Assembly (NCBI GenBank): GCA_050008795.1
Contig: JBEKLX010000003.1
Span: 1-49,532, forward strand
From: Verrucomicrobiia bacterium
Lineage (GTDB): Bacteria; Verrucomicrobiota; Verrucomicrobiia; Palsa-1439
DNA length: 49,532 bases
Direction of reading: 5' to 3'
Below the pieces are notes generated by a model that searched no databases, was not told the DNA's origin, and saw only the letters and a program-made list of their open reading frames with translations. The translations under genes and the position numbers were made by a program. Below, piece by piece: positions 28,948 to 38,572 of this stretch; position 1 is the stretch's first letter, and each line of letters begins with the position of its first letter.

Positions 28948-30423
28948 ATGGGCAAACCAACTGGATTCCTGGAATATCAGCGCGAACTGCCGCAGGATCG
29001 GCCGCCAACTGAGCGGATTCATGACTGGCTGGAGTTCCATCTCCGCATGCCCGAGGACAAACTGCGGGCGCAGGGCGCGCGGTGCATGGACTGCGGCATT
29101 CCATTTTGTCATAACGGCGCATTATTGGCGGGCATGGCCAGCGGTTGCCCGATAAATAACCTCATTCCTGAATGGAACGATCTTGTTTATCGCGGGCTAT
29201 GGCGTGAAGCGTTGGAACGCCTTCACAAGACGAACAATTTTCCCGAGTTCACTGGTCGTGTATGTCCCGCACCGTGCGAAGGCTCCTGCACGCTCGGCAT
29301 CAATGCCCCGCCCGTCACCATCAAGAACATCGAAAACCAGATCATTGAACGCGGATTCGCCGAGGGCTGGGTCAAACCCGTGCCGCCAAGCAGGCGCACC
29401 GGCAAGAAGATCGCTGTTGTCGGCAGCGGTCCAGCCGGTTTATCCGCTGCGGCGCAGTTGAATAAAGCGGGACATCTGGTCACCGTGTTCGAGCGGGACG
29501 ACCGCATTGGCGGCCTGCTCATGTACGGAATCCCGAACATGAAACTCGACAAGGCAATCGTCCAACGTCGCATTGACCTGCTCGCGCAAGAGGGGGTGAA
29601 CTTTGTAACCAATACCGAAGTCGGCAGGAACTATCCCGCCGAGCAATTACTCAAGGAATTTCATGCTGTTATCCTTTGCGGCGGTGCGACCAAGTCGCGT
29701 GATTTGCAGATCGAAGGCCGTAACCTTAAGGGCATCCATTTTGCGATGGAATTTTTGACTGCCAACACCAAGCACATACTCAATCCGCACGGCAAATTCA
29801 TCTCCGCCGCTGGTAAGGACGTGGTTGTCATTGGCGGTGGCGACACCGGCACCGACTGCGTGGGCACCTCGTTGCGTCAGCAGTGTCGGTCGCTTGTTCA
29901 ACTTGAGATTTTGCCGGAACCGCCGCGGGAACGCGCTGCCGACAATCCGTGGCCACAATGGCCGAAAGTGCTTAAGGTGGATTACGGACAAGAAGAAGCC
30001 GCAGCAATGTTTGGCGCCGACCCGCGCCGTTACCTCGTCACTGCGAAACGGTTTATCGGTGACAAAAACGGACAGGTTAACAGCGTCGAGACCGTCAATG
30101 TCGGGTGGGAGCGGGACGATAAAGGACGATTCCTTCCGAAGAATATTCCCGGCACGGAGCTGATTATTCCCGCGCAGTTGGTTTTGCTGGCGATGGGATT
30201 CCTTGGACCCGAGGAGACAGTATTGAAACCACTGGGGATCCAGCAGGACGGTCGCAGCAACGTCAAGACCGAGCACGGCAAGTTTGCTACCAACGTCCGC
30301 GGCGTATTTGCCGCTGGCGACTGCCGTCGCGGCCAGAGTCTCGTTGTCTGGGCGATTAACGAGGGTCGCGCCGCCGCCCGCGAATGCGACCGCTATCTTA
30401 TGTCCCACACCGATTTGTTGTAA
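28948..30423 (+). CDS. gltD: glutamate synthase small subunit
   Basis: [57 protein letters not shown]. Confidence 0.97.
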   Translation: MGKPTGFLEYQRELPQDRPPTERIHDWLEFHLRMPEDKLRAQGARCMDCGIPFCHNGALLAGMASGCPINNLIPEWNDLVYRGLWREALERLHKTNNFPEFTGRVCPAPCEGSCTLGINAPPVTIKNIENQIIERGFAEGWVKPVPPSRRTGKKIAVVGSGPAGLSAAAQLNKAGHLVTVFERDDRIGGLLMYGIPNMKLDKAIVQRRIDLLAQEGVNFVTNTEVGRNYPAEQLLKEFHAVILCGGATKSRDLQIEGRNLKGIHFAMEFLTANTKHILNPHGKFISAAGKDVVVIGGGDTGTDCVGTSLRQQCRSLVQLEILPEPPRERAADNPWPQWPKVLKVDYGQEEAAAMFGADPRRYLVTAKRFIGDKNGQVNSVETVNVGWERDDKGRFLPKNIPGTELIIPAQLVLLAMGFLGPEETVLKPLGIQQDGRSNVKTEHGKFATNVRGVFAAGDCRRGQSLVVWAINEGRAAARECDRYLMSHTDLL

Positions 30424-30473
30424 ACTGGGGGCGACGTTCCACCATAAGGCGATTTGGTCCGGCCAAACGGCGA

Positions 30474-30853
30474 TTGGCACTCGCAGCCGGTTCGCCTGTG
30501 GTTTATTCCCCGTAAACAACCGTCGTGTACTCTGCGTAGACACCTAGGATGTTCTTCACTTGGGTATCCACATGGTGGACTTTGGTGATGCCACCGTTCT
30601 TCATTGCGGTTTCGATGCTGGCATCGCCCGTTGCGATACCAATAATCGCGGTGGCTGTTGCCGTACCGGTCTTGGGCATATGGGATGCATCCCCCATCGC
30701 CACTGGTCCTTTCATGTCCGTGTACAAGCTGCCGTTCATCGGCGTAACCATCGCACAGCCAGTAAACAACACGACCGCTACCACACATACAAATAACGAC
30801 CCGAGGATTTTTTTCATGTGTTTCTCCTTTCGCGTTGTGGCTGCGAGTGCCAA
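30474..30853. repeat. perfect 15-bp inverted repeat enclosing the TRL-like gene
   Basis: ttggcactcgcagcc at 30474-30488; ggctgcgagtgccaa at 30839-30853. Confidence 0.9.
30503..30817 (-). CDS. TRL-like family lipoprotein
   Basis: lipobox FTGC, G.LYT...GP, IIGIATGDASI..A...GGI.KVHHVD....ILG.Y....T.VYGE; AAGGAG RBS. Confidence 0.88.
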   Translation of the reverse strand: MKKILGSLFVCVVAVVLFTGCAMVTPMNGSLYTDMKGPVAMGDASHMPKTGTATATAIIGIATGDASIETAMKNGGITKVHHVDTQVKNILGVYAEYTTVVYGE

Positions 30854-30863
30854 ACTGAATGCA

Positions 30864-30892
30864 AGTATATGCAAAACATATTAATTTGGCAA
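30864..30892 (-). promoter_or_regulatory. sigma70-type promoter of the TRL-like gene
   Basis: TTGCCA-17 nt-TATACT on the minus strand. Confidence 0.7.
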
Positions 30893-30960
30893 ATGAATGA
30901 GAACGATGTTGTAGGAGTGGTTTCCAGCAATCGCCTCAAACTAAGGGTCGAGAGACAGAC

Positions 30961-31860
30961 ATGAGGACGGTTCGGATGCATGTGTTTGTGCGGGCGTTGG
31001 CGAGGCCAGTGCGCGCGATCCTCGTTGTCTTAACCATCTTGGTCGCCATGGCGACCCCGGTCCGCGCCGCAGGTTTCACGTATACATTCCATGAGAAGCC
31101 ATGGGGACAACTTTCCGACAAGAATATCTCGACGAACGGGCGGGCGGCACTGGCGATCGACGCTCCCCAATGGAGACACGGTGAGACGGAACACTTCATT
31201 CTTCATTATGGCCGCAACGGCGACAAGATTGCGCGGCGCGCGGAGGAGTTCCGCGCGGAGATTCGCGAGTTTTTCGGGAACCCCGACACGAGTGTCGGGG
31301 GCCGCAAACCGCACATTTTCGCCATGCATGATCCGGCCGACTGGCAAAAATTCCTGAAAACCGTCGGCATGTCGTCGTCGGTCGTCGGTTTCACGCGCGG
31401 TAACGAGTTTTTCTATTTCAGTCTGGACGAGGAAGGACGGTTCGACCCTAAAAGCCGGGTGCAGACGCATGAAATGACGCATTTGTTGTTTCAGCAATTC
31501 TTTCGCAACTCTCCGCCACTCTGGCTGAACGAGGGTATTGCCGAGTATTTCGGCTTCCGCAAAACATCCACCAGCATGGAATTCCGTCGTACAATGAGCC
31601 AACAAAAGAGGTTCAATCTTGACACATTGTTTGCCGCCACTGATTATCCGAGCGACCCCAAGGCAGTCCAGGCGTTCTACGCCGAGGCTGCGATCATCGT
31701 GGACTTTTTGACCAATACTGCTGAGCGGCGGGCGGTATTGCCAAAGTTCGTGGATGCGATGATCGCCGACAACGACCTGAACAAAGCCGTCAAGCTGTAT
31801 GGCTACCGCGACCACGCCGACTTCGAGTCGGCATATGAACGCTATCGTAGACAGTTTTAA
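30961..31860 (+). CDS. secreted peptidase-MA-like (gluzincin) protein
   Basis: signal peptide ending VRA, HEMTH then P.WLNEGIAEYF, FYAEA. Confidence 0.8.
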   Translation: MRTVRMHVFVRALARPVRAILVVLTILVAMATPVRAAGFTYTFHEKPWGQLSDKNISTNGRAALAIDAPQWRHGETEHFILHYGRNGDKIARRAEEFRAEIREFFGNPDTSVGGRKPHIFAMHDPADWQKFLKTVGMSSSVVGFTRGNEFFYFSLDEEGRFDPKSRVQTHEMTHLLFQQFFRNSPPLWLNEGIAEYFGFRKTSTSMEFRRTMSQQKRFNLDTLFAATDYPSDPKAVQAFYAEAAIIVDFLTNTAERRAVLPKFVDAMIADNDLNKAVKLYGYRDHADFESAYERYRRQF

Positions 31861-31965
31861 CCTCGAAAGTTTTAGAGCCAACGAAGCATCAGACTGGACG
31901 CGATGGCCTTTGCCTAGTATGCTTGATCTCATGGCATACAATAGGCCGTATAACGGAGGAATATT

Positions 31966-32613
31966 ATGAAGCGATTCGCTTTTTTCTATGTGACTACAGT
32001 TAGCGTGGTCGTAATCGCGTTGGCCATGGTAGGTTGCCAACGCAAGTCAGAGTCTGAGGAGTCACGGACACCGTCAAAATCCATTTCCCCAGCCCCACGC
32101 GTGACTACGCCGCCGCCATCCGCACTTGCCGGAAGGTTGCCGCCTGGCCACGGAACAAGAACGGCGCCACTCACTGTCATGACTGATTCAAAATTAGCCG
32201 ACAAGGAATCCGCCGCGCTGGAGACGGATTACCTAGCCACGACCGATTTTGCGGGCAAGATCGAAACGCTCTACAAGATCAGCGACTTGGAGACGGGTGC
32301 CGCGGTGGACACCCTGACGCGCCTATTTCTTCAGGAGAAAGACGCCGACATAAAAACCCAGATCATTGACGCGATAGGCGACATCGAGGGGTTCAAGGAT
32401 AAGAAGCTGGCGCTGCTGACCTTGGCGGTCAAGGCCGACCAGTCGCAAGACGTGCGCGAGAGCGCCATTAATGCATTGGGTGACATTGAGGATGCGCGGG
32501 TCATTCCAATCCTGCAATCGCTGCTGAACGACCCAGATGAAGATATTCGGACAGACGCCGAAGACACCATGAAACAGCTGCAGGATACCCTAAGCCAGGC
32601 GGGTACCCCATAG
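31966..32613 (+). CDS. HEAT-repeat lipoprotein
   Basis: lipobox MVGC, Pro/Ser linker, VRESAINALG.I and LL.DPDEDIR repeats. Confidence 0.8.
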   Translation: MKRFAFFYVTTVSVVVIALAMVGCQRKSESEESRTPSKSISPAPRVTTPPPSALAGRLPPGHGTRTAPLTVMTDSKLADKESAALETDYLATTDFAGKIETLYKISDLETGAAVDTLTRLFLQEKDADIKTQIIDAIGDIEGFKDKKLALLTLAVKADQSQDVRESAINALGDIEDARVIPILQSLLNDPDEDIRTDAEDTMKQLQDTLSQAGTP

Positions 32614-32636
32614 TTTTCGCCGTCTTGACTAAACGC

Positions 32637-32665
32637 TTGACGGCAGGCGGCGGTTCCGTTAACTT
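32637..32665 (+). promoter_or_regulatory. sigma70-type promoter of rplU-rpmA
   Basis: TTGACG-17 nt-TAACTT. Confidence 0.6.
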
Positions 32666-32701
32666 TTCGCCCCCTCGCAAGAGGAATAAAGGAGCAGTTC
32701 T

Positions 32702-33019
32702 GTGTACGCAGTTATACAAACAGGTGGTAAGCAATATCGTGTCCAGTCCGGCGACGTCGTCGAGGTAGAACTACTCGACGGCGAGAAGGGTAAGGAAATC
32801 GCGTTAAATAATGTCCTGCTGGTGGCCGATGGCGACAAGATTCAGGTCGGCAAACCGACCGTCTCTGGCGCCCATGTGACCGCTGAGGTCATCGAATCCG
32901 ACAAGAAGGCCGTCAAAGTTATCGCTTTCAAGTTCCGGAAACGTGAAGGTTATCACCGCAAACGGGGTGTCCGCGCGCACCATACCGTTTTGAAAATCAA
33001 GGAAATCGTTGTAAGATAA
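32702..33019 (+). CDS. rplU: 50S ribosomal protein L21
   Basis: MYAVIQTGGKQYRV, FKFRKR.GY.RKRG; GTG start with AAGGAG. Confidence 0.97.
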   Translation: MYAVIQTGGKQYRVQSGDVVEVELLDGEKGKEIALNNVLLVADGDKIQVGKPTVSGAHVTAEVIESDKKAVKVIAFKFRKREGYHRKRGVRAHHTVLKIKEIVVR

Positions 33020-33045
33020 GTCGCACGGAAACAGGAGTTTGAGTT

Positions 33046-33309
33046 ATGGCTCATAAAAAAGGTAAAGGCAGTTCCAGCAACGGTCGCGATTCGGTCAGCA
33101 AGCGGCTCGGCGTGAAACTTTTCGGCGGCACGCCCGTCGTCGCCGGCAATATCCTCATTCGCCAGCGCGGTTCACGTTATCTCGCGGGAGCCAACGTCGG
33201 CATCGGACGTGACTGGACCCTGTTCGCGCTGGCCGCCGGCAAGGTCCGCTTCGACAAACAAGGCCGCCGCATCAATATTGACCCGGTTCCTTTGGACAGC
33301 GCGTCGTAA
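33046..33309 (+). CDS. rpmA: 50S ribosomal protein L27
   Basis: [36 protein letters not shown]. Confidence 0.97.
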   Translation: MAHKKGKGSSSNGRDSVSKRLGVKLFGGTPVVAGNILIRQRGSRYLAGANVGIGRDWTLFALAAGKVRFDKQGRRINIDPVPLDSAS

Positions 33310-33333
33310 CCAAGGCTTCGCCAAGTCTTAATC

Positions 33334-33369
33334 AAGGGCATTCGCCAGCAGGCGGATGCCCTTTTATTT
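33334..33369 (+). terminator. intrinsic terminator after rpmA
   Basis: aagggcattcgcc-agca-ggcggatgccctt followed by a T-rich tail. Confidence 0.8.
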
Positions 33370-33517
33370 ATTGAACCGTCGGTGCGCCAAAGCCAAGGCG
33401 GAGGCAATTGATCGGCGGTTTACCTGACTACCCGGCGATTACTCAGAAATGTCGTTCGGTCTTCGCAGCTAAGGAATTCTAACGCTTTTCGCGGCTTTGT
33501 GATAGGATTTTGCGTGG

Positions 33518-34570
33518 ATGACGATGCTCGACGCACTGACGAAAAAAACCGCCTCTAGCGCCGACCTTTCCCGCGAGGAAATAGGTGAGGCTGTGGCGCT
33601 GCTACTCGACAGTCGTGTAGCTGACGACGCGAAGGCGACGTTCCTGATGGCACTGGCGCGCAAGGGCGAAACAGCAAGCGAGATCGCGGCATTCGCGCTT
33701 GAGCTGCGGATGCGCGCAGTTGACCCTCAGATCGATCCCGCCAGGTTCGGCGGAGTGGTGCTTGACGTGGTCGGCACAGGCGCGGACATGGCGCACACGT
33801 TCAACATATCTTCGTCTGTTATCTTTGTGGCGGCTGCGGCAGGTGTCGCGGTCGCCAAGCACGGCAACCGTGCCGTCACCAGCAAGTGCGGCAGTGCCGA
33901 TGTGCTCGCGGCATTGGGGGCACGCATCGAACTTACACCTGCGGCGGCCCGGCGTTGTCTGGAGGAGACTGGCCTCACGTTCTTCTTCGCGCCGTTGTAT
34001 CATCCCGCGTTCAAGGCGATCGCCTCCGTCCGCAAGCAGCTTGCCGCGCAGAAACAGCGTACCGTGTTCAATCTCCTTGGCCCACTGGTGAATCCCGCGC
34101 GCCCGACTCACCAACTGGTCGGCGTGTTCGATAAGACACTCATCCGCCGTTACGCCGAGGTGTTGCAGTTGCTCGGCTTGAAACACGCGTTAGTCGTACA
34201 CGGCGACGGTTTGGACGAACTCTCTATTGTGGGCCCGAACACGGTTGCCGAGGTATGGGGTGGACGGATCGAGGAAACCGTCCGCGATTTTCGCGTCCCG
34301 CACTCGCAGTGGCGCGGCGTGGAGGTAAAACTGGCGGAGTTGGCGGGCGGCGATCCACCGGCCAATGCGCGGATCGTCCGCGATGTGCTCAGCGGCAAGG
34401 AACGCGGCGCACGACGCGACATCGTGCTGCTCAACGCGGCTGCGGCGTTGGTTGTGTCGGACAAAGTTGATGACTTTGAGTCAGGCTGGCAACGCGCGGC
34501 GGAGTTGATCGACAGCGGCGCGGCGCTGGACAAGCTGAATCAGTTTATCGCTGCTACGAATCGTGGTTAA
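33518..34570 (+). CDS. trpD: anthranilate phosphoribosyltransferase
   Basis: DVVGTG.D, TFNISS, KHGNRAVTSKCGSAD, RTVFNLLGPL.NP, DGLDE. Confidence 0.95.
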   Translation: MTMLDALTKKTASSADLSREEIGEAVALLLDSRVADDAKATFLMALARKGETASEIAAFALELRMRAVDPQIDPARFGGVVLDVVGTGADMAHTFNISSSVIFVAAAAGVAVAKHGNRAVTSKCGSADVLAALGARIELTPAAARRCLEETGLTFFFAPLYHPAFKAIASVRKQLAAQKQRTVFNLLGPLVNPARPTHQLVGVFDKTLIRRYAEVLQLLGLKHALVVHGDGLDELSIVGPNTVAEVWGGRIEETVRDFRVPHSQWRGVEVKLAELAGGDPPANARIVRDVLSGKERGARRDIVLLNAAAALVVSDKVDDFESGWQRAAELIDSGAALDKLNQFIAATNRG

Positions 34571-34591
34571 ACTGTCCCGCGACTTGCAGGG

Positions 34592-36490
34592 CTAGAGACC
34601 CGAGTCGAGCACGGAACGGATCATCCTGCAGAGGTCTTCTGGGTTGTACGGTTTTTGCAGATAACCGAGACAACCGTGTTGGAGCATGTGCTGTCCTTCG
34701 AGGTCCGGACTGTAGCCACTGGATACGACAACCCGCACCTTCGGATTAACCTCTTTCATGCGCGCAACCAACTCCGGCCCGCTCATGTGTGGCATTACCA
34801 TATCTGCTACGACGAGATCTATTTCCTTCCACTGGTTGCGGTAAATGCTCAAAGCGGCCGCGCCATCGGGTGCCGTCAGGACTTTGTACCCTTTCGCCTC
34901 CAACGCCATCTGTGCCATCTCGCGAATGATTTCCTCGTCTTCGGTCAACAGGATACACTCGTTTCCGCCCCGAGCCACAGCCTTGGTAAGGTCTTGAACC
35001 TTGAGCAATGGTTTGGAGGTCACCGGCAGGAAAACTTCGAACAGCGACTCCTTGCCCTGCTCGGACTCGACATGTATCACACCGGCAAAACTCTTCACGA
35101 TATCTCTGGCAATCGACAGGCCGAGGCCGGCATTCTTTGCTTTGGTCGTAAAGAACGGGTCGAACACGTGCTTCTTCGTCTCGGCATCCATGCCGCAACC
35201 CGTATCGCGGAACCCGACCACAACATAGTCGCCATCGGGCAAGGGGACATTAGGACGATGAGGGTCTTGTGAATTGAGACGCACGTTGCGGGTACTGACG
35301 GTGAAGTTGCCACCCGTCGGCATGGCATCACGAGCGTTCAGGGCGATATTGAGCATCGCCTGTTCGAGCAGGGGCGCATCGGCTTCGATAGGCCGTAGCT
35401 CTTTCGCAAGCTGGCGCTGAATGAGAATGGCCTTGTCGAAGCTGCGTTCGACGAACTTAAGCGTCCGTTCGACATGTTCGTTGACATCGAGCGCCGTAAG
35501 CTTCCGATGCTCGGGGCGCGCGAACGCCAACAGTTGTTTGGTCAGGTCCGCGCCGCGATGCGAACTGTTCTCGATGGTTTCCAGATAGCGATATGTTGGA
35601 TGATTGGGATCGGTCTGTTGCTTGACGTAGTTGGCACAGGCGAGAATCGCAGCGAGCATGTTGTTCAGGTCGTGAGCGAGTCCACTGGCCAGCGAGCCGA
35701 TGGAATTGATCTTCTGGACCTCCATCAATTCTCGGTACAACTCCTCGGCCTGAATCGCTCCCGCCACGAAGTTTGCTACAGACTGCATTTCCGTCGCCCG
35801 TTGCTGCTCGATGACCATATGTCGGCGATAGAACACACCCAGCACGCCTGCCAGTTCGCCGCGACGGACAATCGGGCACAAGACGTAGGTGGCAATCTCC
35901 TCGTTCCGGCAGAATTGCGCCAGCGATGGCGTGAGGTTCTGCGGCACGTCTTCCACGACAATATCCCGCGATGCACCCGTCTGCTCGCCGAAGGCCTGGA
36001 AGGTCCAGCGCTGTTTCCGTAGCTGTTCCAGCTTCGAAGCGCCCACACCAGATGCGCCTTTCAGGATGAAGTTTCCCGGCGTTCCTTCATCCACCTGCCA
36101 CGCAGCGGCAATGTCGGCCTCGAATAACCCGACCGCCTTGTCCAACACTTTGGGCGCAAGCTGGCTGAAATCAGGTTTGTCGATCAGTATGCTCAGAATC
36201 TCGTTAAGAAGGTCCTGCCGTTGGGCGACCGAGGTTTGGGTGATTTCCTGCTCTGCCTCCAATTCCTCGTTCTGCCCTCGCGGGCGCAGAATGTACAGAT
36301 ACATCTCCGCGGCCACCAACCCGAACGCCAGTATCAACGCGGCGTTCAACTGCAGAGATATCTCGAACAAACTTTTGTTCGGGTTACTCAGGCTACCGAT
36401 GGCCAGGTAATAGACCGTCAACGCCAGCACGATGGCGTACAATCGGCCTCGCAACGATCTCATCTGGCCTTTTGATTTTGCTCTATTCAT
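34592..36490 (-). CDS. hybrid sensor histidine kinase (2TM-GAF-HisKA-HATPase-REC)
   Basis: LAHDLNN, NARDAM, DTGCGM, FDPFFTTK, GLGL, C-terminal DMVMP...KPY. Confidence 0.92.
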   Translation of the reverse strand: MNRAKSKGQMRSLRGRLYAIVLALTVYYLAIGSLSNPNKSLFEISLQLNAALILAFGLVAAEMYLYILRPRGQNEELEAEQEITQTSVAQRQDLLNEILSILIDKPDFSQLAPKVLDKAVGLFEADIAAAWQVDEGTPGNFILKGASGVGASKLEQLRKQRWTFQAFGEQTGASRDIVVEDVPQNLTPSLAQFCRNEEIATYVLCPIVRRGELAGVLGVFYRRHMVIEQQRATEMQSVANFVAGAIQAEELYRELMEVQKINSIGSLASGLAHDLNNMLAAILACANYVKQQTDPNHPTYRYLETIENSSHRGADLTKQLLAFARPEHRKLTALDVNEHVERTLKFVERSFDKAILIQRQLAKELRPIEADAPLLEQAMLNIALNARDAMPTGGNFTVSTRNVRLNSQDPHRPNVPLPDGDYVVVGFRDTGCGMDAETKKHVFDPFFTTKAKNAGLGLSIARDIVKSFAGVIHVESEQGKESLFEVFLPVTSKPLLKVQDLTKAVARGGNECILLTEDEEIIREMAQMALEAKGYKVLTAPDGAAALSIYRNQWKEIDLVVADMVMPHMSGPELVARMKEVNPKVRVVVSSGYSPDLEGQHMLQHGCLGYLQKPYNPEDLCRMIRSVLDSGL

Positions 36491-36573
36491 CTGTCTGCAC
36501 CCAGTCTGCACCCTGATTGCCAATCCGGCAACCTGCTTCTGCCTTACAAACCATCCCAAGCTTTTCCCGTCAT

Positions 36574-37947
36574 CTACTTCTTAGCACTGGATACCAACGG
36601 TTGCCGGTCGATCAGGAGACGATCGATGAAGCTTGTGCCATAACGACCGCGACGGAAATTGGGGTCTTTCAAAATCAACTGGTGCAGCGGCAACGTGGTC
36701 TTGATGCCACGGATAATAAACTCATCAAGCGCCCGCGACATGCGATCCATCGCCATTCGCCGGTCGCGCCCATAGCAAATCAGTTTTGCGACCAGCGAAT
36801 CGTAATGCGGCGGGATCACGTACCCGCCGTAAACGTGGGTGTCCACGCGCACTCCGTGGCCACCGGGCACGTGCAGGAATTCGATCCGGCCGGGACTGGA
36901 CTGGAAATTATTGAACGGATCCTCGGCATTAATGCGACACTCGATCGCCGCCTTGGTGAACTGCACATCCTTCTGGCTGTACCCGAGCTCCTCGCCTGCG
37001 GCGATGCGGAGCTGTTCCTCGACAATGTCGATCCCCGTCACCTCTTCAGTCACGGGATGCTCGACCTGCACGCGGGTGTTCATTTCGATAAAGTAAAACT
37101 CGCCATCCGGGTTCAACAGAAACTCCACCGTGCCCGCATTGACGTATTTCACCGCTTGCGCTGCCTTGATGGCCATCTTGCCCATCTTTTTGCGCAAGTC
37201 ATTGGTCAGAGCCGGCGACGGTGATTCCTCAAGCAGTTTCTGGTGCCGTCGCTGCAAGCTGCAATCGCGCTCACCAAGGTGAACCATGTTGCCCTTGCGG
37301 TCAGCGAGAATCTGGAACTCGATGTGCCGCGGATTCTCAATGTATTTCTCGATGTACACCGCACTGTTGCCGAACGCGCGTTCCGCTTCCGCCCGTGCCA
37401 TGTGGTAACCCGTGACGAGACTCGGATCGTTGTGCGCCACGCGCATACCGCAGCCGCCGCCGCCGCCTGCGGCCTTGACGATAACCGGATAGCCGGTTTT
37501 GCGCGCGATCTTCAGCGCATCTCCCTCGCTGTCCACAAGGCCGTCGCTGCCCGGCACCACCGGCACGCCCGCCTTGCGCATCGCGTCGCGCGCCGCAACC
37601 TTATCGCCCATCGCCTTGATCACACTGCTGGGGGGACCTATGAACTTGATGTTACAGCCCTCACACACCTCGGCGAAGTGCGCGTTCTCCGCTAGGAATC
37701 CGTAACCGGGATGAATGGCCTCGACGTCGCCCACCTCGGCGGCACTGATGATCCGGTCGATCTTCAGATAGCTCTCCTTGCTCGGCGCCTCGCCGATGCA
37801 GATTGCCTCATCGGCCAGTTGCACGTGCAGGCAATCGGTGTCGCCTTTCGAGTAAACCGCCACGGTACGGATGCCGAGCTCTTTGCAGGCACGGATTATG
37901 CGCACAGCGATCTCCCCACGGTTGGCTATAAGAATCTTGTCGAACAT
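36574..37947 (-). CDS. accC: acetyl-CoA carboxylase, biotin carboxylase subunit
   Basis: [51 protein letters not shown]. Confidence 0.97.
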   Translation of the reverse strand: MFDKILIANRGEIAVRIIRACKELGIRTVAVYSKGDTDCLHVQLADEAICIGEAPSKESYLKIDRIISAAEVGDVEAIHPGYGFLAENAHFAEVCEGCNIKFIGPPSSVIKAMGDKVAARDAMRKAGVPVVPGSDGLVDSEGDALKIARKTGYPVIVKAAGGGGGCGMRVAHNDPSLVTGYHMARAEAERAFGNSAVYIEKYIENPRHIEFQILADRKGNMVHLGERDCSLQRRHQKLLEESPSPALTNDLRKKMGKMAIKAAQAVKYVNAGTVEFLLNPDGEFYFIEMNTRVQVEHPVTEEVTGIDIVEEQLRIAAGEELGYSQKDVQFTKAAIECRINAEDPFNNFQSSPGRIEFLHVPGGHGVRVDTHVYGGYVIPPHYDSLVAKLICYGRDRRMAMDRMSRALDEFIIRGIKTTLPLHQLILKDPNFRRGRYGTSFIDRLLIDRQPLVSSAKK

Positions 37948-37984
37948 GACTTTGTTGACCTGTCAGTTCCTTGTCGTTGCCGAT

Positions 37985-38452
37985 TCAGCGCGGCTTGACT
38001 GCAAACAGTTTCTGCCCGAACTCGACAGGTTTGGAGTTCTCAGCCAGTACGTCGGTGATCACGCCTTTCATTTCGGCCTTGATCTCATTCATCACCTTCA
38101 TGGCTTCGATAATGCAGACCACCGTGTCTTCCTCCACGGCCGCGCCAATCTCGACATACGGTCTCGCTTCCGGTGAAGGCGCCCGGTAGAACGTCCCTAC
38201 CATCGGTGCCGTGATATGTTTGACATCTTCTGCTGGCAAATCGGGGATCGGAGCCGTCGCTGGTGCTGCCGCAACTGCCGTCAGCGCTGCCGGGGGTGTC
38301 CCAGCTGCGGGAGCGCTCACTGTGACGGTCGGCTGCGCATTTTCGGGGCTGCGTTTGATATGGATTTTCAGCCCGTTCTCTTCCATGGCAAACTCCGCGA
38401 GGTCGTTTTCTTTCATCATGGTAATGATGGTTTGGATTTGGTCGAGTTCCAT
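37985..38452 (-). CDS. accB: biotin carboxyl carrier protein
   Basis: [19 protein letters not shown], Ala/Pro linker. Confidence 0.96.
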   Translation of the reverse strand: MELDQIQTIITMMKENDLAEFAMEENGLKIHIKRSPENAQPTVTVSAPAAGTPPAALTAVAAAPATAPIPDLPAEDVKHITAPMVGTFYRAPSPEARPYVEIGAAVEEDTVVCIIEAMKVMNEIKAEMKGVITDVLAENSKPVEFGQKLFAVKPR

Positions 38453-38572
38453 GGTATTAGTCCTGCCTTGTCTTGGGTATGGCGGCAACTCACTGTTGTT
38501 CTAGGACTTGTGAATCCCGCCAATACACCCTCTTTTGTTAGCTTTGACTCTAGCAAATTATGGGGTGATTGT

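Noticed and set aside
34280-34312. Heptamer-like periodicity in trpD (RDFRVPHSQ)
   Set aside because: Too degenerate, and segment length looks normal for TrpD
38331-38353. ggctgcg direct repeat around tcgggg in accB
   Set aside because: No hairpin partner and a 16-nt period within an intact frame; likely chance in an Ala/Pro linker
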